Shown here: positions 46,617 to 57,551 of the stretch, piece by piece
Numbering within the stretch: position 1 is the stretch's first letter
Layout of the letters: each line of letters opens with the position of its first letter
DNA from: an uncultured Methanosarcinaceae archaeon
GTDB taxonomy: Archaea; Halobacteriota; Methanosarcinia; Methanosarcinales; Methanosarcinaceae
Length of the DNA stretch: 64,000 nt
Direction of reading: 5' to 3'
NCBI GenBank assembly: GCA_963847185.1
Contig: CAWJYV010000004.1
Location: 96,001-160,000 of the forward strand
The notes under the pieces: generated by a model
What the model saw: the letters and a program-made list of their open reading frames with translations, nothing else
Told to the model about the DNA's origin: nothing
The model's database searches: none
Made by a program: the position numbers and the translations under genes

Positions 46617-46859
46617 ATGAAAATGTCAATAATTGAAGCACTTGAAAAGCTGGCAGAGCTCAACAACTACGAAGAAATTTTAGTAAAAATCAAAGATGAT
46701 GAACCTACTTTAATTGATTTAGAAATTGATGATATCCGAAAGTTCGCGGATGATCCGGACCAAACTTTTGATTTGATAGTCACAGAGTACACGATACGAG
46801 AGCTAGATGAAAACGGAAATGAAAAATTAGGAGAACCTCTTTATAAAGTTGTAAGATAA
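46617..46859 (+). CDS. acidic hypothetical protein
   Basis: AGGAGG RBS; 80 aa. Confidence 0.7.
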   Translation: MKMSIIEALEKLAELNNYEEILVKIKDDEPTLIDLEIDDIRKFADDPDQTFDLIVTEYTIRELDENGNEKLGEPLYKVVR

Positions 46860-46886
46860 TTAATTCCTTTTCTTTCCTTTTTATGT

Positions 46887-47019
46887 GAGCTCATCCTAAA
46901 ACTAATTAGATCCTCAAAAATTAGTAAAGTTTCAGAACTATTTTTCCATGATCAGAAACTGGATTGATTATTCGGAATATGGGATTCAGAGAAGCAATTT
47001 TGAGTTTTGGGATGAACTC
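46887..47019. mobile_element. 133-bp MITE, copy 2
   Basis: Direct repeat of 40614-40746. Confidence 0.85.
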
Positions 47020-47263
47020 AGGATATAATACATCCAGTCATCGTTATCAGAAAATATATAATGAAGTAATATTAAGAAGAACATATTCTATTTAGATTAT
47101 AAGTCTTGAGCTAATATATGCATATGTACTCATCAATAGAAAGGATTGAATATTTCTGTCCTTTTACTATGGTGAATATACTTTGAAGAAAATATCATTA
47201 TAATAAATTCTAAAAAATAAATATGCTTAATAGACAGACAAAATAAAGATCGGAGGGACCAAA

Positions 47264-47341
47264 ATGAAATTTGTATTTAACCTTAATTTTTTATTTCAAG
47301 CTATTGCAGGCATTAACCCACAGTTCTGTTTTGAATTTTAA
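47264..47341 (+). CDS. putative 25-aa peptide MKFVFNLNFLFQAIAGINPQFCFEF
   Basis: GGAGGG RBS upstream of ATG; translated by hand. Confidence 0.4.
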   Translation: MKFVFNLNFLFQAIAGINPQFCFEF

Positions 47342-47427
47342 TCAAAATAGCTGCAGGTTAAAATTTAACTTAAATTTAACGCGTAAAAATAATCAATATA
47401 CAATACAAAATAATGGAGGGAGTTTTA

Positions 47428-47505
47428 ATGTCTATACTGTTTGAATACCTTACTATCTGCAAGACTTTTCAGCTGGAAAAATTCAGATTCATCCAGATTT
47501 GTTAA
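47428..47505 (+). CDS. putative 25-aa peptide MSILFEYLTICKTFQLEKFRFIQIC
   Basis: GGAGGGAG RBS; the duplicated unit ends exactly at TAA. Confidence 0.45.
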   Translation: MSILFEYLTICKTFQLEKFRFIQIC

Positions 47506-47565
47506 GACGCATAAAAACTGGATTAACCGAATGAACAGACAAACTAAAGAGTGGAGGGAGTTTTA

Positions 47566-47643
47566 ATGTCTATACTGTTTGAATACCTTGCTATCTGCAA
47601 GACTTTTCAGCTGGAAAAATTCAGATTCATCCAGATTTGTTAA
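47566..47643 (+). CDS. putative 25-aa peptide MSILFEYLAICKTFQLEKFRFIQIC
   Basis: Copy of 47428-47505 with one substitution. Confidence 0.45.
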   Translation: MSILFEYLAICKTFQLEKFRFIQIC

Positions 47644-47936
47644 AGCCAAGAAATCATTATGAGGAAAGTCTATAGGAGGATTTACCAGGAACATAATGTT
47701 CGTGGATTAAGCCTTGACATAGACAAGAATACAGAAAATAGAACTTACATAGTTGCCCAGAGAGCAGGCAACTTTATTTATCATCTTTTTTCACTTTTTT
47801 GTCATACGGATAACTTCATTTATCCTAGATTAGAGCTTGAATATGACCGCTCTCCATAAGTTCCCTGAAATTTCTAGGAACTCATAACCTTACTGTAACT
47901 TACTCTTAATTAAGAACATTAGAACACTTAGAACAG

Positions 47937-48066
47937 GAACCTATCCCAAAACCCATTTCTGTTTCCATATCCATAGGAATTTCATACTATTTTCCTGATC
48001 TGTAGCTCAATTGATTATTTAAAAATCGAAATTGAAAGAGCAGTTTTTAAGTTTTGGGATCAGCTC
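47937..48066. mobile_element. 130-bp MITE (diverged, same TIR family)
   Basis: GAACCTATCCCAAAAC...GTTTTGGGATCAGCTC. Confidence 0.75.
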
Positions 48067-48219
48067 ATACATTATTTTTTCAGTCATCCATATGTAAAGC
48101 TGGGGATTTCTCCAGCTGCAAAAACGTATTATCTCTTTTTATCTTTTAACAAATTGTACAAGCTCGATGTACATCATCAGACACACTGCGAAAAACAAAA
48201 CCCCTACTGTAAAAATCAA

Positions 48220-48480
48220 ATGCGTGCGGCCATCCCACCCTAAAGAATGGGTACGCTTCGGGCCTCCCGCCGGGTTACTTGGAAAAGAAGTCACAGTGTC
48301 CTTTAACAAGGTTTCATTGATCTAAGTGATTGAAACTCTGCCACCGATATCTGTCGGATTTCCGATAACTTTCCAAAGAAGAGACGATTAAGATATGTAA
48401 GGGGAAAAACGAAGAGGCGAGGGTTCACATCATCCCCAATCTAAAGAATGGGGTATTCGTGACCCTCTGCGCTCCCCATG
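48220..48480. repeat. two related GC-rich hairpin elements, possibly IS200/IS605-type ends
   Basis: CATCCCACCCTAAAGAATGGGT and CATCCCCAATCTAAAGAATGGGGT. Confidence 0.4.
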
Positions 48481-49092
48481 TAATAAACACAATCGGTTAA
48501 ACTTACCTATGTGTTTTGTTTAATGTATTCTAAAGGCTATATGCATGGATTTACAGTTTTTTGAGTTTTCCAGAGAAAATGGATAAAATAGCTATCAGTA
48601 GAAATCTTCATCCTATCAGAATTGTGAAAATCGTATTTAGTGATAGGTATTCCCTTCGATAACGCGTATTCTAGCGTAACATGGAAAGATTTCCGAAAAT
48701 CTTTCATGATTCCCCAGGACAGCAGCTACAAAAACTCCGATAAATCAGTTAATTCTCTCGTAAGAAGGAAACAAGAGAATTCAAAAAATCAATAATCTGG
48801 AAACATCAGCCTGTTTGTAAGGCTTTCATTCTTTGAGCAGAAAACAGTCTTACCGAAGTCGAGATTGTAGCTTACTGGATAGATTGTTCTCAAAACTAGT
48901 AATCGTGTTTACTCGGAAAGATTGTAGTTCTGGTAGTTTTTATTAAGGTTCTTTTTGGCAAATGCGAACAGGATTCTTAAAACATAGATTTAAATCTTTA
49001 GGTGTTCTAACTGTCTTAGTATATTTTCAATGTGTATCTGATTTTGCTTTTTTTTTAGTTTGTTAGTTTATAAAAATAAGGAGGAGATATTA

Positions 49093-51969
49093 ATGAAAAT
49101 TAAGACAAGGTCACGTTCAATATTTCTAGTATCAGCATTTCTGATTTTATTTTTAATTTGTATTTCTTCTACTGCTTTAGCATCTACCACACAGCTAAGT
49201 AATTCCGATGGTAGTGATACAGCTGAACCATACGCATTTGTTACAAAATGGGGTTCTTATGGCAATGAAGATGGACAATTTAATTATCCAGCTGGTGTTG
49301 CAGTCGATTTATCAGACAATGTTTATGTTGCTGATTGCGAAAATAATCGCATTCAGAAGTTTGACAGCAACGGAGAATTTATAACCAAATGGGGTTCTTC
49401 TGGAAGTGAAGATGGACAATTTGGTTATCCAACTGATGTTGCTATAGACTCGTCAGATAATGTTTATGTTACAGATTTCGAGAATCATTGTATTCAGAAG
49501 TTTGACAGCAATGGCATGTTCATAACCAAATGGGGTTCTTCTGGAAATGAAGATGGACAATTTATTAATCCACTAGGCGTTACTATAGATTCGTCAGGCA
49601 ATGTTTATGTTGCAGATTTCGAGAATCATTGTATTCAGAAATTTGACAGCAATGGCATATTCATAACCAAATGGGGTTCTCCTGGAAGTGAAGATGGACA
49701 ATTTGTTTATCCAACTGATGTTGCTATAGACTCGTCAGATAATGTTTATGTTGCCGATTCGAGAAATGACCGTATTCAGAAGTTTGACAGCAATGGCATG
49801 TTCATAACCAAATGGGGTTCTCCTGGAAGTGGAGATGGACAATTTGGTTATCCAACTGATGTTGCTATAGACTCGTTAGATAATGTTTATGTTGCCGATT
49901 CGAGCAATGACCGTATTCAGAAGTTTGACAGTAACGGCGAGTTCATAACCAAATGGGGTTCTTCTGGAAGTGAAGATGGACAATTTGGTTATCCATGTAA
50001 TGTTGCTATAGATTCGTCAGACAATGTTTACGTTGCTGATTTTGAGAGCCATCGAATTCAGAAATTCGCTCCAATAGAAACACATAATCCCGCTCCAATT
50101 TACAATCCTGAAAATGGCCATTACTATGAAGTGAAAAATGTGCCAGGAAGCATTACCTGGGAAGATGCGAATAATGCAGCTCAATCTTCATCTTATTCAG
50201 GTATGAAGGGGTATCTGGCTACAATAACCTCTCAGAATGAAAATGAATTTATTGTTAACAACTTCGACATGCATCCAAATTACAATTGGTTAGGTGGCTT
50301 CCAGCCAGATAGCAGTGCAGAGCCAGCCGGTGGTTGGCAGTGGGTAACGGGGGAACCGTGGGATTATACCAATTGGAACTCAGGAGAACCTAGTAACGGT
50401 GGTAATAATGGAGAAGATAGGCTTCACATTTATGCCAATGGATTCTGGAATGATGATTCTGATGATTCTACAATACAAAATGGGTACATTGTAGAGTACG
50501 AAGGAATAACACCTAAACCTCCTGCACCAGCAAGGGAAATTACAGTAGGTAATAATTCTGAAGCTGATTTCATATCAATTCAGGAAGCGGTAAATAATTC
50601 CATGCCGGGAGACACCATAATCGTGATGTCTGGAATTTATACTGAAAATGTTCTTGTTAATTTGCCAGGGTTAACTATAAGATCAGAATTAAATTATGGA
50701 AGTGTGCAGGTAAAACCTTTGGACGAAAGTAAAAGTACCTTTATGATAACAGCTGATAATATAACGATCAGTGGTTTAAATATAGTAGGACCCGGTCAGG
50801 ATTATGAGAAAAGTGCAATCTTCATTTATGGCGATATGAACAATCTGACAGGCAATACCATTGAAAATGGTTGTATTCTTCTGGGACCCGAGAGAAGAGG
50901 CAATTTAATAGCCGAAAATAAGATATCAAACGGTGAAGGTAAAGGCATACATATTTCCTGTTGTGGATTTGATACAAATATAGTATCAAATAATACGATT
51001 TCAAATTGTTCCACTGGCATATACGAATATGATCAGGCAGCAGATATTCGTAATAACAGGATTACTGACTGTAGTTATGGGATTGAGCTTGCCCAAGCAA
51101 GTTCAGTAATTGACAATAATACAATATTAAACTGTGACGTAGGGATTCTTTTAGGAGAAAGTTGTTATGTTGACATAGTCAACAATAAAATAATGTTCTG
51201 TAAAGAATGCGGAATTTTTGATCAGGAAAACTTTGGCGGCCAACAAATTTATAATAATTATTTTAACAATATTCTAAATGTAAAGCTTGGACCTGGCGAA
51301 GGCGGGAATACCTGGAATACTTCACTTACTCAAGGTACTAACATTGCCGGAGGCCCTTATATTGGAGGAAACTTCTGGGCAAAGCCAGATGGAACTGGGT
51401 TCTCCCAGACCAGTGTAGATATGGATGAGAACGGGATTGGAGACCTGCCTTATAATATTTATGAGGATGAATTTGATTATTTGCCTCTTGTATCTCTATC
51501 CAATCTAGTTATTCCAACTGCGAACTTTACAGCTAGTGCCACTAGTGGTACTGCACCTCTCTTAGTTCAGTTTATAGATCTCTCTGAAAATGCAATAGAA
51601 TGGAACTGGAACTTTGGAGACGGAACTAACTCAACAGAGCAAAATCCGGTACACGCATACTCAGCAGCAGGAAACTATACTGCTACCTTGACGGTAAGTA
51701 ATATGGACGGTATAGATTCGAAACTTTCTACAATTACTGTTTTTGGACCTGTGCCTCCTGTTGAAAATGCAACAAATGTTTATGCTCCGGTTAATGTTCA
51801 AATTGGAAATCTTTCACAGAATGCAAACGAAATAAACTGGAACATTGGATCTCAGCAATTGGGTAAAATTTTCGGTTGTAACGGGCAAAACGTTTTTGCT
51901 CCAGTTATTGTGCAAATTGGAAATCTTTCACAAAATGCAACCACAATAAACTGGAATATCTCAGCTTAA
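49093..51969 (+). CDS. cell-surface protein: signal peptide, NHL beta-propeller, C-type lectin, NosD/parallel beta-helix, PKD
   Basis: Six KWGS.G..DGQF.YP..VAID repeats; NGHYY...GYLATI...WNSGEP...WND; GGNFWAKPDG; WNFGDG. Confidence 0.92.
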   Translation: MKIKTRSRSIFLVSAFLILFLICISSTALASTTQLSNSDGSDTAEPYAFVTKWGSYGNEDGQFNYPAGVAVDLSDNVYVADCENNRIQKFDSNGEFITKWGSSGSEDGQFGYPTDVAIDSSDNVYVTDFENHCIQKFDSNGMFITKWGSSGNEDGQFINPLGVTIDSSGNVYVADFENHCIQKFDSNGIFITKWGSPGSEDGQFVYPTDVAIDSSDNVYVADSRNDRIQKFDSNGMFITKWGSPGSGDGQFGYPTDVAIDSLDNVYVADSSNDRIQKFDSNGEFITKWGSSGSEDGQFGYPCNVAIDSSDNVYVADFESHRIQKFAPIETHNPAPIYNPENGHYYEVKNVPGSITWEDANNAAQSSSYSGMKGYLATITSQNENEFIVNNFDMHPNYNWLGGFQPDSSAEPAGGWQWVTGEPWDYTNWNSGEPSNGGNNGEDRLHIYANGFWNDDSDDSTIQNGYIVEYEGITPKPPAPAREITVGNNSEADFISIQEAVNNSMPGDTIIVMSGIYTENVLVNLPGLTIRSELNYGSVQVKPLDESKSTFMITADNITISGLNIVGPGQDYEKSAIFIYGDMNNLTGNTIENGCILLGPERRGNLIAENKISNGEGKGIHISCCGFDTNIVSNNTISNCSTGIYEYDQAADIRNNRITDCSYGIELAQASSVIDNNTILNCDVGILLGESCYVDIVNNKIMFCKECGIFDQENFGGQQIYNNYFNNILNVKLGPGEGGNTWNTSLTQGTNIAGGPYIGGNFWAKPDGTGFSQTSVDMDENGIGDLPYNIYEDEFDYLPLVSLSNLVIPTANFTASATSGTAPLLVQFIDLSENAIEWNWNFGDGTNSTEQNPVHAYSAAGNYTATLTVSNMDGIDSKLSTITVFGPVPPVENATNVYAPVNVQIGNLSQNANEINWNIGSQQLGKIFGCNGQNVFAPVIVQIGNLSQNATTINWNISA

Positions 51970-52050
51970 GATTGCTTTAAGCTGAGATCTAATAAGAAGA
52001 GAAAAAGTTAGGAATATCTACATGGGACAAAATCCCATGTTTAAATTTTT

Positions 52051-52140
52051 GATGGCCACTATTATGAAGTGAAAAACATGCGTGACGGCGTTACTTGGGA
52101 AGATGCGAATAATTCAATTCAATCTTTATCATATTAAGGC
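52051..52140 (+). pseudogene. C-type lectin domain fragment
   Basis: DGHYYEVKN...VTWEDANN, homologous to 50113-50210, with an in-frame stop. Confidence 0.7.
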
Positions 52141-52298
52141 ATAATTGATTTTTTGCTCCGTAAAGTCTCACAAAAATAGCTCCGTTTTGACCTGAAAGGT
52201 AGTTATTTCTTTAAATTTTAGCTAAACTTTGAGGCAAATTATTAACATATTCTTCAAAAATAGCTACGTTTTAATATTTTGTAGCTCTCATCTTTTCC

Positions 52299-52869
52299 AT
52301 GGAAAGTGGGTTAGTTACTGCAGATGGAACCAAAGTCCTAACTGTAGAAATATAATAGTTTTATAAACGCTATTCCTGAATCAATGAAAGCGATTTCTGA
52401 GATTAACACAATTACAGGTCTTCGATACATCGAGCTTCAAAGGCCCTATGAAAATCCTCAATGGTACTACAAAGAAAGAAATCATTATACTACCTAGAGA
52501 AGCACAGAAAAAGGAAAAGCAAAAGTTTCCTAAAAGGACTATTGATAAATTGCCTACTACTTTTTCCTATGTGTTTTCTCATTTCCTAAATGCAAAAAAC
52601 CGCCTTATGGGTCTTCATGGAACAAAGATTTAGCTAGGTGGTCAGAGAAAGCAGGTATAAACCCAAAAGTAGGACCAAAAACTCCAAGAAAGACCATGGA
52701 GAGCTGGATGCTAAAAACCGGAATCACTGAGATTGAAATATATTCTCGTGCTGGACATGACCCAATAACATCTCTAAAGCATTACCAGAGCCTATTTTTC
52801 ACAGATTATGAAATAAGGGACATCGAAAAGAGGCTCATGGAATGGGGAATTCTTAGAAGGGGAATTTGA
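52299..52869 (+). pseudogene. tyrosine recombinase/integrase, frameshifted
   Basis: TGLRYIEL, KTPRKT.ESW, AGHD...SLKHY catalytic motifs spread over different frames. Confidence 0.75.
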
Positions 52870-53004
52870 GCAAATGTTGCCCCTTGATACTAAATATTGG
52901 ATGATACGCCAGAATATTACAATAGAAACATACTTTTTTGAGAGGTTTCTCAGGTAATGACACTCTCACCGGCTGCGAAGCAGACGGCCTTTCAACAAAT
53001 ATGT

Positions 53005-53298
53005 TTATATATTGTCAGAACTAGCTTCCAAAGTAAGAAGATACTGTATTGAAGCTTCTTCTTTGCGTCCTAATTCTTCGAGGAGAACTCCATAATTCCA
53101 ATGTACATCTATATCATTTGGGTCGGCTTCTAGAGCAAGTTTATACTGTTCTTCAGCTTCCTCCATGCGACCTACTTTGCTCAGAAAAACTCCATAATCT
53201 GTATGTGTAGCTACATTATTTGGGTCGATTTTAAGAGCCAGCTTATACTGTTTTTCTGCCTCTTCTTTTCGATCTCTTTCTTTCATAAGCAGAGTCAA
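53005..53298 (-). pseudogene. TPR protein fragment
   Basis: EEAEEQYKLAL..DP repeats; appears 5'-truncated. Confidence 0.65.
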
Positions 53299-53898
53299 TC
53301 CATTAAAACGTAATTAATATACTCCCCTTGATGAGTATTTTATTGTTTTAATGATTAAAATTATTGGTCATCTCCTAATTTTTGGCAGTGTCTCAAATTT
53401 GCTGTAAATTCTAAGTCAATTTTTTGTATACTGTATATAAAACTAATCTAATGATCTCAAATTTTTAACTTAAAAACCTCTTAAAATTTGTAATTTTACA
53501 GAAAAATTGGCACATTGCCAAAATCAGGGTTTTTCCTCTAAAATTTAAGCCGCTTGCTTTGTAATTTAACTTCATTAACCCTAAATTCAATCTTGAATTA
53601 TAGCTCAGGTCTTTTCTTTTATAATTTCATTTCAGCCAGAAATTGACAACATTATATCGCAGGGTGCTTAAAAAGTAATAATATTTGACAACATTCCCGA
53701 AATCTTCGAATTATTAACTAATGAAAAAAGGAATATATGATTAATGGTCGTAATTAAAGAAAATCAATCCGCGGAGATTTTCCTATTAAACCTTAATAAA
53801 GACAACAAGAGTTAAATTTTCCTAATTTATGTATTTAAATAAAAAATGCGAAAATACCTGAATTTTAGTACAATACGATATATACATGTTTAGGAGAA

Positions 53899-54921
53899 GT
53901 GTCGATGGGATTCTTATCTAATTTATTTGGTAAAGATAAAACCACTGAATTTTTAGATGCTTGCAGATTAGGGCAGACCGAAATAGTAGAGAAACTTCTA
54001 AAAAGCGGCAAAATTGAGGTCAATTCTCAAGATGCAAGTGGTAAGACTGGTTTGATTTATGCGGCAGATATGGGACATAAGGATATTGTTAAGTTGCTCA
54101 TTGAAAATGGTGCCAATCTGAATCTTCAAGAAGAAAATGGTAATACAGCTTTGATATCTGCAACAAAGATCGGACGTGATGATATAGTCTATTTGTTGAT
54201 TGATAGCGGTGCGGATCTTAACATACAGGACAAAAATGGCGAGACTGCTTTGAAGTTTGCGGTAAAAGTAGGGTACAGGAATATTGTAGATTTGCTTCTT
54301 GATAATGCTACTAATCTCAATATCCAGGACAAAAATGGAGAAACTGCATTAATTTGTGCAGCAGACAGGGGACAAAAATCCATTGTTGAGGTGTTAATCA
54401 ATAGTGGTGCAGATCTTAGTATTCAGGACAAAAATGGTGAGACTGCTTTGAATGCCGCAGCAAAAAAGGGACATAAAGATATTGTCGAGTTGCTTATTAA
54501 AGGTGGTGCTGACCCTAATATTCAAAATAAAAATAATAACATCTCTTTGACGTATGCGGCAGATAGAGGATTTAAGGATATTGTCGAGTTGCTTATTGAA
54601 GGTGCTGTCAATCTTAATATTCAAGAAGAAAATGGCCTTACGGCTTTGATGCTTGCGGCACAAACAGGACACGGGGACATTGTTGAATTGCTCATTAAAA
54701 GTGGCGCTGACCTTAATATTCAAGAAGAAAATGGCCTTACGGCTTTGATGCTTGCGGCACAAACAGGGCATAGGGACATTGTTGAATTGCTCATTAAAAG
54801 TGGTGCCGACCTTAATATTCAAGAAGAAAATGGTAACACTGCTTTAGAGCTTGCGGCAAATATGAGATTTAAAAATATTGTTGAGTTACTTGTTAAAAAT
54901 GAAGCCAATCCCGGATCATAA
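53899..54921 (+). CDS. ankyrin repeat protein
   Basis: About nine G.TAL..AA..GH.DIVELLI..GADLN repeats. Confidence 0.95.
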   Translation: MSMGFLSNLFGKDKTTEFLDACRLGQTEIVEKLLKSGKIEVNSQDASGKTGLIYAADMGHKDIVKLLIENGANLNLQEENGNTALISATKIGRDDIVYLLIDSGADLNIQDKNGETALKFAVKVGYRNIVDLLLDNATNLNIQDKNGETALICAADRGQKSIVEVLINSGADLSIQDKNGETALNAAAKKGHKDIVELLIKGGADPNIQNKNNNISLTYAADRGFKDIVELLIEGAVNLNIQEENGLTALMLAAQTGHGDIVELLIKSGADLNIQEENGLTALMLAAQTGHRDIVELLIKSGADLNIQEENGNTALELAANMRFKNIVELLVKNEANPGS

Positions 54922-55526
54922 TTTTTCAGATAAAATTTTAAATTTAAGGGTTTTTATCTAAAGTAATTACCTCAGAAAAATTTAATTTTTCCCAATCAAA
55001 GTAGAAAAATACTCAGGATAATTGGCTGCAATTAACTTCCAAATGGAGCTTTAAAAGGATAAAACTTGCAAATATTGCCAGATAAATGAAAAAAGAAAAC
55101 AAACTCAAATATATTTGAGAGAAAAGTTTTTATGAAAGAACTGCACTATTTTTATATAATATAATTTTATAACTTTTTCATAGAGATATAGGGGGAACTT
55201 CTCTGTGTTTAAGGGTAAAGTATCTCGCTCTGAACCTTCAATTTGACATTTAAGGTTACTTGCTGTGATATTTACCGGATGAGAACACATAGATCAACTT
55301 CCATCTTTTGAAGAAGAAAAGTAAACGAAATCGCAGTACAGACTATTTAAGTTTGGACTGTTTCAGAAGAAACTCGTAGAACTCACTCAATAAATGAGAA
55401 CATAACGTCTGTTAAATCGGGGGGTTTAACTTGGAAGGGTATATTCTCATTAGCAGTGGGAATTGGACTTAAAAGCAACGATTTTGAAAATCTATGTATA
55501 GTGGATACTATGGAGGATGTATAATA

Positions 55527-56315
55527 ATGCAAAACGCTATGTTTAAGGCACTAGGTATTTTTATAATAATTTTTTTTGTTATGTCAGTGACAGGAGCTGC
55601 AGCTACAAGCAGTGTCAGTAAACCAGTTGCAAAAGCAGATACTTTCTCTTTAAGCCCGAGTAAGAAATGTAGCGGTAATGTCCTGTCCAATGACAAAGGA
55701 AGTGGCCTGAAAATTGCTTCTACGGGGTACATCAAAACCGCAAAAGGTGTAAAAGTGTACCTCAAAAGCAACGGTTACCTCTGCTACTATCCGTCTTCCT
55801 CTTTTAAAACAGGTACTATAACTGACAGTTTTACATATAAAATAGTAGACAAATATAAAAGGTACAGCACTGCAAAGGTAACAATCTACTACAAATGCTC
55901 CTCAAGCAGCTCCACAAACTCTGGAACCCAGACAAAAAGCGTTGTAGAAGTAACCAAGCTTTCGCAGATAGACTCAGCCCTGAAGAATGGCCCGGTTCTT
56001 TTAAAACTTGGAGCTGAATGGTGCGGTCCATGCAAGGAAATGAAACCTGTTCTTGCTAGCCTGGCAACGGAATATGCAGGAAAAGCAACAATCATGTCCA
56101 TAGATATAGATGACAGTCCTGACCTTGCCACCTACTTCGGAGTAAATTCTATTCCCGACATGGCTGTGATCGTGGGTACTCAAAACGGAAAATACGTTTA
56201 CATGAAACAGGATGGAAAAGTCACTACGAGCAGATCCCAGGCCAGATTTACCGGAGTTACGAGTAAAAGTGCACTAAAAAAAGTTCTGGACCTTGGCGTT
56301 AAATACACAAAATAA
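55527..56315 (+). CDS. exported Ig-like + thioredoxin domain protein
   Basis: Signal peptide, PVAKAD...GNVLSND...DSFTY cadherin-like domain, WCGPC. Confidence 0.85.
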   Translation: MQNAMFKALGIFIIIFFVMSVTGAAATSSVSKPVAKADTFSLSPSKKCSGNVLSNDKGSGLKIASTGYIKTAKGVKVYLKSNGYLCYYPSSSFKTGTITDSFTYKIVDKYKRYSTAKVTIYYKCSSSSSTNSGTQTKSVVEVTKLSQIDSALKNGPVLLKLGAEWCGPCKEMKPVLASLATEYAGKATIMSIDIDDSPDLATYFGVNSIPDMAVIVGTQNGKYVYMKQDGKVTTSRSQARFTGVTSKSALKKVLDLGVKYTK

Positions 56316-56688
56316 TAAATGTAAATCAGGGAAGCAATTGATATTTCTAGGAATATAGGGTATATCATATCAGGGCAATATCTTTAACGATGTATTCGAA
56401 TGATATTGCCTGATTTCCCTCTGAGCAGAATCTTATAGGAACATTCATAGTTATTGATTAAAAAGCAATAATAGTCATTATAAATAATCTTTTAGATTAG
56501 TTTCAGTCTAATTGCAATTAATTGACATCGTCATCCATTAAAGCAAAACTTTTCGAAATATTATTCTTTGTATCTTTTTTAGCCCAATAAACGAAAGCAA
56601 TTTAACAGCGATCTAAAAAAATTCTGAAATCAGACTAAATTATGTAATTGTGTCTTCGTTTAACATTTTTAATTTTAATTGAAATAAT

Positions 56689-56818
56689 GAGCTCATCCCT
56701 AAACTAACTTTATTCCTACATCAATAAGGATTTTCAACTTGTTTTCATAATCAGAAGCACTATTAATTATTCCAAATTTGAGAGTTTTAAATAAATGTTC
56801 GAGTTTTAAGATCAGCTC
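56689..56818. mobile_element. 130-bp MITE
   Basis: GAGCTCATCCCTAAACT...AGTTTTAAGATCAGCTC, AAT on both sides. Confidence 0.75.
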
Positions 56819-56845
56819 AATCAATACACAATAATTACCTCAAAT

Positions 56846-57367
56846 TTAGATTCTTTTTAGGCATTCTGCTAGCTTGTCGAAAGATTCGTTCCATCCCTGA
56901 TGCATATTATTACGATCCTCAGCACTTATGCTCTTACTACCGGAATGTTTCAAGGTGAGCTTTGTCTTACCTTCACATTCTTCAAACATTACCGTCACAA
57001 GCATTTCAAGAGGCCAGTTTTCACTCATTCCATAGTACGAAGCAGGAACTGTATTGCCTTCCTTATCTGCAAAAGAGTCAGTCATAACGAGTCGCTCAGG
57101 CTCAATTATTTCACGGAAAACACCTTTACTCCAGAAATCCTGACCTCCTGGCGAGCGCATGGAGCCAAGGTATTCCCCTCCGACATGGAAATCGGTTTTG
57201 TAGACAGGTGATGTGAAGTCTTTTGGTCCCCACCAGCATTTTATGCTCTCAGGTTTAGTCCACACTTTCCATACGAGTTCACGTGGTGCATTGAAGATGC
57301 GTGTAATGATAAGATCCCAATTCTCAATATAAGCTGCATTGTTGCTTTCTGCTTTGCTTTCGACCAT
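56846..57367 (-). CDS. SRPBCC/AHSA1 domain protein
   Basis: RIFNAPRELVWKVWT.P...WWGP...GWNESFDKL. Confidence 0.9.
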   Translation of the reverse strand: MVESKAESNNAAYIENWDLIITRIFNAPRELVWKVWTKPESIKCWWGPKDFTSPVYKTDFHVGGEYLGSMRSPGGQDFWSKGVFREIIEPERLVMTDSFADKEGNTVPASYYGMSENWPLEMLVTVMFEECEGKTKLTLKHSGSKSISAEDRNNMHQGWNESFDKLAECLKRI

Positions 57368-57551
57368 ACATGTTCCCCTTTTGATGATTTCTGTTTCAAG
57401 ATTGTTCTTGAATCTGATCTCAGTTTCGGATCAATTCTATTTTCATTAGATTATAAGTAGTTAGATAATAAATAAGCACGCTAATTCAAAAGATAAACGC
57501 AAAAACTTCATTTTTGGACTGAAATACGATGTCAGGATGGAATGATTCAGG

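Noticed and set aside
49240-50070. Regular ~141-bp repeats as a CRISPR or other DNA array
   Set aside because: In-frame NHL protein repeats; the 99-bp repeats at 54.0-54.9 kb are likewise ankyrin repeats
52051-52140. Lectin-domain copy as a diversity-generating retroelement template repeat for 50113-50210
   Set aside because: Differences are mostly synonymous and not adenine-specific, and there is no reverse transcriptase; it is an ordinary paralog fragment
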